64,000 nt of DNA, from positions 45,043 through 109,042 of the forward strand of contig JACPXC010000062.1 of NCBI GenBank assembly GCA_016196755.1, read 5' to 3'. Position 1 is the first letter of the stretch. Each line of letters opens with the position of its first letter. The notes under the pieces are model-generated. The model was not told the DNA's origin. It was given only the letters and a program-made list of their open reading frames with translations, and did not search any database. Both the position numbers and the translations under genes were made by a program. Positions 7,772 to 16,253 of the stretch are shown here, piece after piece. Source of the DNA: Elusimicrobiota bacterium (GTDB lineage Bacteria; Elusimicrobiota; Elusimicrobia; UBA1565).

Positions 7772-8175
7772 GCGGCAAGGTCTTGGACTCGTACGGAGTC
7801 ATCGCCTTCCTCGAGAATGAACCGGGAGCCGACAAGGTCGCTGAACTAATCAAGAGCGCCCGGGATAAGGACAGGCCCCTCCTCTTAAGCGTGGTGAACT
7901 GGGGAGAAGTCTATTACATCGTTCATCGCGCCGCGGGAAAAGAAGCCGCCGCCCGAACGATGCGGACGATCGACACGCTCCCGATCCAAGTCATTGAGGC
8001 GGATCGAACGCTCACGCAGATCGCCGCGGAGTTCAAATCCTCCGGAAAGATGTCCTACGCGGACTGTTTTGCGGCAGCTCTCGCCAAGGCTCGGAAGGCG
8101 GAACTCATAACCGGCGATCAGGAATTCAAGGCAGTAGAAGATGAGATCGAGATCCTCTGGCTTCCTAAAAAATGA
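7768..8175 (+). CDS. vapC: PIN-domain ribonuclease toxin (VapC-like)
   Basis: GTG at 7768 (GTGA overlap with the antitoxin stop). PIN acidic residues (LDSYGVIAF..E..., ...ITGDQEF). Confidence 0.7.
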   Translation: MSGKVLDSYGVIAFLENEPGADKVAELIKSARDKDRPLLLSVVNWGEVYYIVHRAAGKEAAARTMRTIDTLPIQVIEADRTLTQIAAEFKSSGKMSYADCFAAALAKARKAELITGDQEFKAVEDEIEILWLPKK

Positions 8176-8191
8176 GGCCCCTGAGCCGGAA

Positions 8192-9616
8192 ATGAACAAG
8201 AAGCCGACGCTGGCGCTGCCCCTGCTCGTGGGCTCCTCGGCCCTGGCGCTGTACCTTTCCCTCCCGTCGCTCGGCCACAACTTCGACGGCGTGGCCTGCG
8301 CCATCGCCGTCGAGCTGGGCGATTTCAAGCATCTCGTCCACGGCAACCACCTGGCCTACGGCCTGGCCGGGTTCGTCTTCCATCGCCTGGTCAACGCCCT
8401 CGGCCTGGCCCTGCCGGCGATCTGGGCGCTGCAGGTCATGGACTCCCTGCTCGGCGCGCTGTCGGCCGCCCTGTTCGCCCGCATGCTCCTGCGCCTGGGC
8501 CGGCCCGCCGGCGTGGCCGCGGCGGCCGGCATGGGACTGGCCGTGTCCTACGGCTGGTGGCTGCGTTCCGTCGACGCCCAGGTCTACCTGCTGGCCGCGC
8601 CGTTCATGGTCCTGGCCTTCGAGGAGGTTTTGGCCGAGCGCCCCCGGCCCCTGCGTCTGGCCGCCCTGCACACCGCCGCCATGCTCGTCCATTCGGTCCA
8701 CGTTTGCTTTACGCCGGTGGCCCTCTGGGCCCTCCTGCGCGCCGGCAAGGACTACGGCGAGTCGCGCGCCGGCCTGGGACGCTACCTGGCCTTCTGCTTT
8801 TTGGGCGTTCTGGCCGCCTATGCCGCGGCGGTGACGCTCTTGGTGCGGCCGGAAACGGTCGAGGACCTGCGCGTCTGGCTCTCCGGCAGCGCGGCGCTCG
8901 GCAACCAGCGCGACTTCCGGTTCATCCACGCCGCCTCGCTGGGCTCCGCGCTGGCCTGGTGGGGACGGGTGTCGCTCAAGGTCGTCTCGATCCGGCCGCT
9001 CCTCGGCCTGCCGCTCTGGGGCCTGGCGGCCTGGGGCTGGCTGGCCGGCGCGTCCCGCCGCGAGCGCGTCGCGGCGCTCGTCTGGGTGGCCGGCTACGCC
9101 CCCCTCCTCCTGGCCTACGAGCCGTGGAACACCGACTACCGGATCCTCGAGCTCATCCCGCTGTGGGCCTTGGCCGCCGCGGCGTTCTCACCCGAGCGCG
9201 CCCGCGGCGGCGCGCGGGCCTTGGCGTTCTACGCCGCCGCGCTCGGCGCGGTCAACGCCGCCGACGCCATCCTGCCGCTGTCGCGCCTCGCCGAGAACCC
9301 GCCGCTCGTGAAGACCCTCTGGCTGCGCCGCATCCTCCCCGAGGACGCCTGGGTCAGCGCCGCCGCCATCGACGAGGTCTACATCCCGTACTTCAGCCAT
9401 CGCCGCACGCTCAACCTGCGCTGGCACGAAGGCGACCCGGCCGGGCTGCGCCGGCGTCTCGACGGCCTGCTCGAGCGCGGCGAACCCGTGTTCGTGACCT
9501 CGGACCATCTGGCGGGCTGGCGGGAGGCCTTCGGCGGCTACGAGCTCCAGCACGCCGGGGAGCAGGACGGCGTCGTGCTCTACAGGTTGAAGGGGAAGCC
9601 CAAGGGCAGCTTGTAG
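8192..9616 (+). CDS. Polytopic membrane protein, putative GT-C-fold glycosyltransferase
   Basis: ORF 8141..9616 trimmed to ATG 8192 (MNKKPTLALPLLVGS). About 10 or more hydrophobic helices with a large C-terminal soluble domain. Confidence 0.4.
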   Translation: MNKKPTLALPLLVGSSALALYLSLPSLGHNFDGVACAIAVELGDFKHLVHGNHLAYGLAGFVFHRLVNALGLALPAIWALQVMDSLLGALSAALFARMLLRLGRPAGVAAAAGMGLAVSYGWWLRSVDAQVYLLAAPFMVLAFEEVLAERPRPLRLAALHTAAMLVHSVHVCFTPVALWALLRAGKDYGESRAGLGRYLAFCFLGVLAAYAAAVTLLVRPETVEDLRVWLSGSAALGNQRDFRFIHAASLGSALAWWGRVSLKVVSIRPLLGLPLWGLAAWGWLAGASRRERVAALVWVAGYAPLLLAYEPWNTDYRILELIPLWALAAAAFSPERARGGARALAFYAAALGAVNAADAILPLSRLAENPPLVKTLWLRRILPEDAWVSAAAIDEVYIPYFSHRRTLNLRWHEGDPAGLRRRLDGLLERGEPVFVTSDHLAGWREAFGGYELQHAGEQDGVVLYRLKGKPKGSL

Positions 9617-10404
9617 AAGAAGGTGATCATAGCACCCAGGCTCAGGTAGGGGCCGAAAGGGATCGGCTCCTGACGCTTGATCCGACCCGAGGCCAGGAGC
9701 CAGACCCCGTAGCCGGCCCCGACGAAGGAGGCCAGCATCAAGGTGTCGAAGGCGCCCAGCGCCCCGGTCCACGCCCCGACGCCGGCCAGGAGCTTGACGT
9801 CCCCGGCCCCCATCGCCTCGCGCTTGAAGAGCTTCTCGCCGGCGGCCGCCACGCCCCAGCACAAGGCCAGGCCGAAGACCGCTCCCCCGACCGACGCCCC
9901 GAGCCGGCCCCAGAACGCGCCACCCAGTCCCGCGTTGAGCGGCGAGAGCAGGATCCCCGCCGCGGCCAGGCCCAGGGAGAGCTCGTCGGGGATGAGGAAG
10001 GTGTCGCAGTCGATGAAGGCCACGCAGAGCAGGGCGATGAGCGCGGCCAAGGCGGCGGCGGCCCAGGCCCATTGCCCTTCCCAGTGCCGCCAGACCGCGG
10101 CGGCCAAGAGGCCCCCCAGGAGCTCGACGAGCGGGTAGCGCCAGGAGATGGGCTTTTCGCAGTGGCGGCAGCGGCCGCGCAGGAGGAGCCAGCTGAGCAC
10201 CGGCACGTTGTCGTAGAAGGCCACCGGGCGCCGGCAGCGCGGACAATGCGAGCCGGGGCGCACCAGCGAGCGGCCGCGCGGCAGGCGGTGGATCACGACG
10301 TTCGAGAAGCTCCCCAAGCAGAGCCCGGTCAGGACCCAGAACGCCCAGGCCGCGGTCTGGAAGGCGGCCGCCGAGGTCGGGTCTTGGAACGCGTTTGATA
10401 TCAT
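9580..10404 (-). CDS. pilD: Prepilin peptidase (A24 family, PilD-like)
   Basis: N-terminal zinc-binding CPRC...CRHC pair, catalytic-region motif GAGDVKLLA, multiple TM segments. Confidence 0.85.
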   Translation of the reverse strand: MISNAFQDPTSAAAFQTAAWAFWVLTGLCLGSFSNVVIHRLPRGRSLVRPGSHCPRCRRPVAFYDNVPVLSWLLLRGRCRHCEKPISWRYPLVELLGGLLAAAVWRHWEGQWAWAAAALAALIALLCVAFIDCDTFLIPDELSLGLAAAGILLSPLNAGLGGAFWGRLGASVGGAVFGLALCWGVAAAGEKLFKREAMGAGDVKLLAGVGAWTGALGAFDTLMLASFVGAGYGVWLLASGRIKRQEPIPFGPYLSLGAMITFFYKLPLGFPFNL

Positions 10405-10410
10405 CGGTCG

Positions 10411-11883
10411 GTGAGGCGAGCCTGGGCCGGTCTATTCTCCGCCGCGGCCGTGCTGTATTTGCTGGCCCGCGACGCCTACTGGGTCGGCTACTTCAACGAC
10501 GACGCATTCTATCTTATCGGAGCCCGGGCCCTTACCGAGGGGCGCTTCGCCGAGCTCAACCACCCCGGCCAGCCGCCGCTCATCCAATACCTGCCCGGCT
10601 ACCCCCTGCTCTTGGCCCCGCTCATGCCCTTCTGCGCGGCCTCGTGGCTGCCGGCCCAGCTCCTGAGCGTCCTCGTGGGCCTGAGCTCGGCGGCCGCCGC
10701 GGCCTGGGCCTTCGCCCCGGACCTCGACGAGGAAGGCCGCCTGCTGCTGGCCGCGCTCTGCCTCTTCAACCCGCTGGCCCTCAGCCTCTCCGGCGCCGTG
10801 CTGGCCGACGCCCCCTTCGCCTTGGCCGCGCTGCTCCTCGTCGGCACGGCGCGCCGGGCTTGGCCGCGGACCTCGCCCCGGGTCTGGGCGGCGCTGGGCG
10901 CCGCCGCCGGGGCGTCCGCTCTCATCCGCCCCAACGGCCTGGCCCTCATCCTGGCTTTGGCCGCCGCGTTGGCCTGGGAGCGGCGCGGGCGCGAGGCCGC
11001 CGCGGCGCTGGCGGCGGCCGCACTCGTCGTCGGCCCCTGGTTCCTGCGCAACGCGGCGGCGGGCGGGCACCCGCTGCTCTACGCCGCGGAGCTGGCCGGA
11101 CCGATCGAGGCCGCCCCATGGACGACATTGGGCGCGGCCGCCTCGCGGGCCGGGTTCTACCTCTCCGAGCTCTACGCGCGCGCGCTGTTCCGCTGGCCCT
11201 GGGGCGCCCCTCCCGCGGCGGCGGCGGCGGCCGCGGCGCTGGCCGGCTTGGCGGCCGCCGTGCTGGCCCTCACGCGCGGCGGCCTCTCCGGCGGCCGGCG
11301 CTTCGCCCTGCTCTCGGCGCTGGCGCTGTTCGGGCTCCTCTTGGCCTGGGACAAGCGCTCCACGCGCTACCTGCTCCCGCTCATCCCGTTGGCGGCGGCC
11401 TGGGGCCTGGCGGGCCTGGCAGGCCGGCGCGGGACGCGGCTGGCCGCCGCGGCCTTGGCGCTGGCCTCCTTCATAGTCCCGGCCCGCGCCATCCTGGCCG
11501 CCTCCCTACGCCCTGAGGCGCCGCCGGCGCGGGCGCCCGAGCGCACTTTCGCCTGGATCCGGGCCAACACCGCGCCCGGCGCGGTGTTCGCCTGCGAGCT
11601 CGACGGCCAGCTCTTCCTGCGCACCGGCCGCCGGAGCGTGACCCTGCCGCGCGGCGCCGACGGCCGAAATCTCCAGCTCTGGGCCGCCGGCTCGGGCGCG
11701 GATTTCCTGCTGGTCTCCCCCACCGCCGACATCCTGCGCACCACGCGCGGCGTCGGCCCCCACGACGCGGTGCCGGCCGCCGAGCGCCGGCGCGACGCCG
11801 GCCGAGCCTCCGTCCTCGAGCCGGTCTTCGAGGACCCCGGGGAAGGCACGGTGATATACACAAAAAAGACCCCCGGCCTTTAG
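10411..11883 (+). CDS. GT-C glycosyltransferase, ArnT/PMT-like (GT39/83-like)
   Basis: GTG start; first-loop YFNDDAFY acidic motif typical of ArnT/PMT-type GT-C enzymes; polytopic; Ala-rich. Confidence 0.55.
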   Translation: MRRAWAGLFSAAAVLYLLARDAYWVGYFNDDAFYLIGARALTEGRFAELNHPGQPPLIQYLPGYPLLLAPLMPFCAASWLPAQLLSVLVGLSSAAAAAWAFAPDLDEEGRLLLAALCLFNPLALSLSGAVLADAPFALAALLLVGTARRAWPRTSPRVWAALGAAAGASALIRPNGLALILALAAALAWERRGREAAAALAAAALVVGPWFLRNAAAGGHPLLYAAELAGPIEAAPWTTLGAAASRAGFYLSELYARALFRWPWGAPPAAAAAAAALAGLAAAVLALTRGGLSGGRRFALLSALALFGLLLAWDKRSTRYLLPLIPLAAAWGLAGLAGRRGTRLAAAALALASFIVPARAILAASLRPEAPPARAPERTFAWIRANTAPGAVFACELDGQLFLRTGRRSVTLPRGADGRNLQLWAAGSGADFLLVSPTADILRTTRGVGPHDAVPAAERRRDAGRASVLEPVFEDPGEGTVIYTKKTPGL

Positions 11884-11899
11884 GCCGAGGGTCTCTTTT
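11868..11899. terminator. Bidirectional rho-independent terminator
   Basis: GACCCCCGGCC-TTTA-GGCCGAGGGTC hairpin, followed by TCTTTTG on the plus strand and a T-run on the minus strand. Sits between convergent genes. Confidence 0.55.
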
Positions 11900-11916
11900 G
11901 ATCTTTTGGGACTAGC

Positions 11917-12369
11917 TCAGTACACCGTCCACTCGGTGCCCTTCGAGTCCGTGTGGGTACAGTTCACCCACAGCGTCCCGTAGTTGGCGTCCCCGGTGAC
12001 GTTGTTGTAGCGCCAGCCGCCCGTGCCGCCGCCCGTCTCGGCCAAGACCGAGTTGTTCGTGAACACCGCGCTGTCGGTGTGGTAGCTCGGAGCCTTCGCC
12101 TTCGGGATCGACGACATGTACTTGCCGTTGATCGTTATCGAAGCCGCGTTGAGCGGGTAGTAGCCTTCCATGTCGCCGTAGTAGATGCTCAGGGCCGACC
12201 GAATCGCGCCGAGGTTGCCCTTGGTCGCGCCTTCGTTCGACTTGCGGATCAGCTCAGCGAACTTCGGGATGGCGATAGCCGCCAAGATACCGATGATGGC
12301 GACCACGATCATCAACTCGATGAGCGTGAAGCCCCGCTTCGCCTTGCTGCTGTTGTTCAGGTTACGCAT
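11917..12369 (-). CDS. Type IV pilin / pseudopilin (N-terminal methylation motif)
   Basis: ORF 11917..12486 trimmed to MRNLNNSSKAKRGFTLIELMIVVAIIGILAAIAIPKF (class III signal, G-1/F+1/E+5). Strong RBS GGAGGGAGGACAAA precedes the ATG. Confidence 0.85.
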   Translation of the reverse strand: MRNLNNSSKAKRGFTLIELMIVVAIIGILAAIAIPKFAELIRKSNEGATKGNLGAIRSALSIYYGDMEGYYPLNAASITINGKYMSSIPKAKAPSYHTDSAVFTNNSVLAETGGGTGGWRYNNVTGDANYGTLWVNCTHTDSKGTEWTVY

Positions 12370-12477
12370 TTTGTCCTCCCTCCTTTGCGCCGTGATGATG
12401 AATTTAGGAGTGGATTTTTCGATACGGCGCTCATGGACGACGCCATGCACACCCTGAACATCCAAAGAACTGGTCAC

Positions 12478-12506
12478 AATATACACCCGCTACTTCAAAG
12501 TGTCAA
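12478..12506 (-). promoter_or_regulatory. Sigma70-like promoter (TTGACA-17-TATATT) upstream of the pilin gene
   Basis: The reverse complement reads TTGACActttgaagtagcgggtgTATATT. It lies inside the 3' end of the upstream GT-C gene. Confidence 0.35.
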
Positions 12507-13938
12507 GACGGTCATAGGTGACTTTAGTCCCGTCCACGACCTCGTACACCCTGCGCTCTCCGTCGGCGGACTCGAAGACGGTCCGAAATCCGGCCCCCAA
12601 GAGGCGCGCCTCCCAGGCCGCCAGGCCGCGCGAGGCCGGGAACGCCCCGCCCAACGAGGACCCCAGGTCGCCCGGCCTTTCCCACAGAACCCAGCGGACC
12701 TTGAGGCGGGCCAGGGCCGCGGGGTCGGAGGCCTGCGGCAGCGGCACGAAAGGTCGGCCGGTATGCCAGGCCGAGCGGGCGAAATGCAGGGCGGCCACCA
12801 GGCCCTCCGAAGGCAGGGTCCTCAGGAACGCGTAGGTCTCGAGCGGGGGCGCCTCGGCGCCCCGGGCCAGCGCCGGTCCCTGGATGGGCAGGGGCAGGGC
12901 CGCCAGCGCGGCGGCCCCCCAAGCCGCTCGGCGGCCGGGGACGCCCAGGGCGCGCACACCCTCCCAGGCGGCCAGCAAGGCGAAAGGGAGCAGCGGCGGG
13001 AGGTAGCGCTCGTACCACCACGGCCAGGCCGCGTGCAGGGCCGCCGAGCCGAGCAAGTAGAGGCCGGCGGCGTCGTAGGGACGGCGGCCAAATCGCCGGA
13101 CCAGGCCGAGACAGACCAGCGCCAGCAGCAGCGCCCCGGCGCCGAACGCCGCCGCCGCGGGACCTCCCGCCGGGGTCAGCGTCCCCCCCCATAGCGCGGG
13201 GACTTCCCGCAGGTTGTGGAGCACGGCCGCGGGCCAAGCCGACCAGCCCGCGCCGGCCAAGGCGGCCGCGGCCTCGCCTTCATCGGAGAAACCACCGTGC
13301 CGCGAGGCCCAGACCCGCCACGCCGCCCAAGCCAGGACCGGCAGACCGGCCGCCCAGGCCGCGTCACGCCGGCGCCCCCCCTTCCATAGCGCGACCGCGC
13401 AGGCCGGGGCCAAAGGGAGGAGGGCCGGGCGCACGAGGTAGCCCACGGCGGCCAGCGCCCCGACCAGGGGGCCCGAGCCGGCGCGGCGGCGGTCGGCTAG
13501 AAACAGCGCCGCCAACGCCGCGGCCAGGCCGGGCAGCTCCGGCATGACGACGCCGGCGCGCGAGAGCACGAGCGGGTTGAGCGCGAAAAGCGCCGTCACC
13601 GCCAGGGCCGCGCGCGCGCCCGAGCGGCGCCGCGCCCAGAGGAAGACCAGGAGGTCGCAGACCACCAGCCACAAGAACGCCCAGGCCTGGTAGCCCAAGG
13701 GGATGTCGCCCGAGACGGCCGCCGCCGGCGTCAGCAGCAGCGGCCAGCCCGGCGTGTACTGGCCAAACGGCGGATCGCCGGGGACCACCTCGAGCCCATA
13801 GCGGCCATGCAGCAGGGAGCGCGAGAGCAGTGCGTAGATCGCATCGTCGCCCTCGGCGCCCAGCCAGCCCGCGGGGAACCAGGCCGTCTGGGCGGCGGCT
13901 AGGAGCAGGACGGCCATGATCGCGCCGCGGTTCTTCAT
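12490..13938 (-). CDS. GT-C glycosyltransferase, ArnT/PMT-like (GT39/83-like)
   Basis: ORF 12490..14019 trimmed to MKNRGAIMAVLLL. First-loop motif GDDAIYALL; polytopic membrane protein. Confidence 0.5.
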   Translation of the reverse strand: MKNRGAIMAVLLLAAAQTAWFPAGWLGAEGDDAIYALLSRSLLHGRYGLEVVPGDPPFGQYTPGWPLLLTPAAAVSGDIPLGYQAWAFLWLVVCDLLVFLWARRRSGARAALAVTALFALNPLVLSRAGVVMPELPGLAAALAALFLADRRRAGSGPLVGALAAVGYLVRPALLPLAPACAVALWKGGRRRDAAWAAGLPVLAWAAWRVWASRHGGFSDEGEAAAALAGAGWSAWPAAVLHNLREVPALWGGTLTPAGGPAAAAFGAGALLLALVCLGLVRRFGRRPYDAAGLYLLGSAALHAAWPWWYERYLPPLLPFALLAAWEGVRALGVPGRRAAWGAAALAALPLPIQGPALARGAEAPPLETYAFLRTLPSEGLVAALHFARSAWHTGRPFVPLPQASDPAALARLKVRWVLWERPGDLGSSLGGAFPASRGLAAWEARLLGAGFRTVFESADGERRVYEVVDGTKVTYDRLDTLK

Positions 13939-13992
13939 TCCGAAAAACCGCCCCCCACGCAGGTCCGCGCGTGAGGGGCGAGCTGAAAAGAT

Positions 13993-14076
13993 TGGGCAAG
14001 GGGGGACTTGAACCCCCAAGGGCTTTCACCCACACGGTCCTGAGCCGTGCGCGTCTGCCAGTTCCGCCACCTGCCC
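13993..14076 (-). tRNA. tRNA-Leu (anticodon CAG), CCA not encoded
   Basis: Reverse-complement cloverleaf: acceptor GGGCAGG/CTTGCCC (one G-U pair), anticodon loop CTCAGGA, long variable arm, T-arm GGGGGTTCAAGTCCCCC. Confidence 0.8.
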
Positions 14077-14103
14077 GACGACAGCACTGCCTTGACGGCG
14101 AAG

Positions 14104-14112
14104 TGCTAGAAT
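14104..14112 (+). promoter_or_regulatory. Extended -10 promoter TGcTAGAAT upstream of smpB
   Basis: TG-n-TAGAAT lies 18 nt before ATG 14131. Confidence 0.4.
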
Positions 14113-14130
14113 CGGATTTTACCGGATTCA

Positions 14131-14613
14131 ATGGCCAAGCGCAAGGACGACGACGACGGACGGCTCCTCATCGGGGAGAACCGCAAGGCACGCCACCACT
14201 ACGAGATCGTGGAGGTGATCGAGGCCGGGCTCCAGCTCAAGGGGCCCGAGGTCAAGTCCCTGCGCGCGCGCCAGATCTCCTTCGAGGGCGCCTTCGCGCG
14301 GGTCACCGACGGAGAGGCCTTCCTCCACAACCTCCACATCGCGGCCTACAAGCAGAACACCCTCGAGGACATCTCCTCGACCCGCACCCGCAAGCTCCTG
14401 CTCAAGCGCCGCCAGATCGAGAAGCTGGCGACGGCCCAGGACCAGAAGGGCATGACCCTGATCCCGCTCGAGATCTACTTCAAGCGCGGCTGGGCCAAGG
14501 TGGCGGTAGCGGTCGGCAAGGGCAAGCGCGGCCCCGACAAGCGCGACGAGCTCCGCCGGCGCGACGCCACGCGCGAACTGGCGCGCTCCTTCAAAGGCAA
14601 GTTCAAGGCGTGA
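14131..14613 (+). CDS. smpB: SsrA-binding protein SmpB
   Basis: ENRKARHHYEI, LxGxEVKSLR and C-terminal basic tail KRGPDKRDELRRRD are diagnostic of SmpB. Confidence 0.9.
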   Translation: MAKRKDDDDGRLLIGENRKARHHYEIVEVIEAGLQLKGPEVKSLRARQISFEGAFARVTDGEAFLHNLHIAAYKQNTLEDISSTRTRKLLLKRRQIEKLATAQDQKGMTLIPLEIYFKRGWAKVAVAVGKGKRGPDKRDELRRRDATRELARSFKGKFKA

Positions 14614-16208
14614 CGCCGTTCGTGCTCTTCGCCGCGCTGGGGGCCGGCGGCTTGCACCAGCCTTGGCTCTGGACGCCCTTCGCCGTGCTGAGCTGGGGAG
14701 CGGCCGCCGCCCTCCTCCCCCGCGCCCGGCTTCCCGGCGGCCCGCTCTGGGGCGCGCTCCTCGCCTGGGCCGCCGCCAGCGCCCTGCTCTCTCCCGAGCC
14801 GCTCATCTCGCTCTCCGCCTTCGCCTACGCCGCGACGGCGTTTCTTTGGCTCTCGCTGGGCGCAACGCGCGCGGGCGCCGACGAGCGCCGCTGGGGGGCC
14901 GCGCTGCTCATGGCCGCGGGGCCGTTGGCCGCGGCGGCGGCGATCCTCATCGACGTGCCCGATTACCCCGCCGTCGGCCTGCTCTTCCCTTATTACAACT
15001 ACACCGCGGCCTTGGTGGCCGCCGCGGGCGCCGCGGCCGCGGCCGGTCCGGCCGCCGCGACGGCCGTCCCCGCCGCGGCGCTCTATCTCGTCTGGGCCGG
15101 CTCGCGCGGCGGCTTGGCGGCGCTGGCCGCCGGCACGGCCGTGGCGCTGTGGCGCGGCGGCCGGCGGAAGACGGTCGTGCTGGGCGCGGCGGCCGCGCTG
15201 GCCTTCCTGGCCGGCTCCTCGACGCCGCGCGACATCCTCCTCAAGGCCGATAAGGCCGGGGCCCACGCCCGTCCGGCGATCTGGCGCGCGGCGCTCCAGG
15301 TGGCGGCCGAGAGCCCGTGGCTCGGCGAAGGGCCGGGCCGGTTCGGCCGCGGCTTCCTGCGCCACCAAGTTCCCGCCCCCCCCTCCCTTCGCCCGACCCG
15401 CTTTTCGCTGACGACCGCGCATGCCCATTCCGGCCCGCTCGACGTGTTGGCCGAAGTCGGCTTCCCCGGAGCCGTCCTGCTGACGGCGGCGTTGCTGGCG
15501 CTCTGGCGAGCGCGTCCGGTCGTCACGGACCCCGACCGCGAGGCACTGCTGACCGGGGCCGTCGCCCTCGGGACGCAGGCTCTCGGCGACAGCATCCTCG
15601 TCCTTCCCGCGCTGGCCTGGCTGTTCGCCTGGCTCCTGGGTGCCGCCTGCGCCTCGGAGAACGCGCAGGTCCCGCGGCTTCCCGAGTCGGCGCGCCGCGC
15701 CTTCCTGCTCCTGGGTCTGGGCCTGGCCGCCGCGGCCTGGTGGCCGGGCTGGGCGGTCTCGTCCTGGCGGGGCGCGGAACCCGAAGCCGCCGTGACCGTG
15801 GCCCCCGCCGACGCCGGCCTGTGGCAGGACATCGCCCGGCGGCGTCTCGGAGCCGGCGACGCGCGCGGCGGCCTGGCGGCCTTGGCGCGCGCCGCCGAGC
15901 TGCGCCCCTTCGACGTCCGGCCGCGGATCATGGCCGCCGAGGTCCTGCGCTCCGGCGGCGCCTGGCACTTCGTCTTGGAAGCCGCGTCGGAAGTCGTCGC
16001 CCTCGAGCCGGCTTGCGGCCAAGGCCGGATCCTCAAGGCCGAGGCCCTGCTCCGCCTAGGCCGCCCCGCCGAGGCCCGCGCCGAGTTGGCCGCCCTGCCG
16101 TCTTCCGGCGCCAAGCCCCTGACCGACCTGCGTCGGGACAACCCCGAAGGCCTGGTCCTAGGCTACGATCCCGCCCGCCTAGCCGCCCTCCAGTCAGAAC
16201 TCAAATAG
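14610..16208 (+). CDS. Wzy_C (O-antigen ligase/polymerase-like) membrane protein with C-terminal TPR domain
   Basis: GTG 14610 overlapping the smpB stop. Wzy_C motif SLTTAHAHSGPLDVLAEVG; 10 or more TM helices; C-terminal TPR-like repeats. The track ORF 13971.. is an artefactual 5' extension across tRNA-Leu and smpB. Confidence 0.6.
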   Translation: MTPFVLFAALGAGGLHQPWLWTPFAVLSWGAAAALLPRARLPGGPLWGALLAWAAASALLSPEPLISLSAFAYAATAFLWLSLGATRAGADERRWGAALLMAAGPLAAAAAILIDVPDYPAVGLLFPYYNYTAALVAAAGAAAAAGPAAATAVPAAALYLVWAGSRGGLAALAAGTAVALWRGGRRKTVVLGAAAALAFLAGSSTPRDILLKADKAGAHARPAIWRAALQVAAESPWLGEGPGRFGRGFLRHQVPAPPSLRPTRFSLTTAHAHSGPLDVLAEVGFPGAVLLTAALLALWRARPVVTDPDREALLTGAVALGTQALGDSILVLPALAWLFAWLLGAACASENAQVPRLPESARRAFLLLGLGLAAAAWWPGWAVSSWRGAEPEAAVTVAPADAGLWQDIARRRLGAGDARGGLAALARAAELRPFDVRPRIMAAEVLRSGGAWHFVLEAASEVVALEPACGQGRILKAEALLRLGRPAEARAELAALPSSGAKPLTDLRRDNPEGLVLGYDPARLAALQSELK

Positions 16209-16224
16209 AAAGTTAAAAAGTTAA

Positions 16225-16253
16225 GGTGCCTGGCACCGATACTTTTTACTTTT
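16225..16253. terminator. Bidirectional terminator hairpin GGTGCC-T-GGCACC with flanking T/A runs
   Basis: Perfect 6-bp stem followed by GATACTTTTTACTTTT, between convergent genes. Confidence 0.55.

Noticed and set aside
8557-13194. Track ORFs 8557..10398 (+), 10395..11516 (+) and 11953..13194 (+) of 370-610 aa
   Set aside because: They overlap the membrane glycosyltransferase, pilD and pilin genes in alternative frames or antisense. They have no recognisable domains and an R/G/P-rich composition. Treated as GC artefacts.
13940-14130. Possible tmRNA (ssrA) gene next to smpB
   Set aside because: The only structured RNA here folds as a canonical tRNA-Leu with a long variable arm. There is no tRNA-Ala-like acceptor/T-arm pair with an intervening tag-peptide ORF, and no room for a ~350-nt tmRNA.
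13971-14609. 5' extension of track ORF 13971..16208 (745 aa)
   Set aside because: The extension runs through tRNA-Leu and the whole smpB gene in another frame. The real gene starts at GTG 14610.
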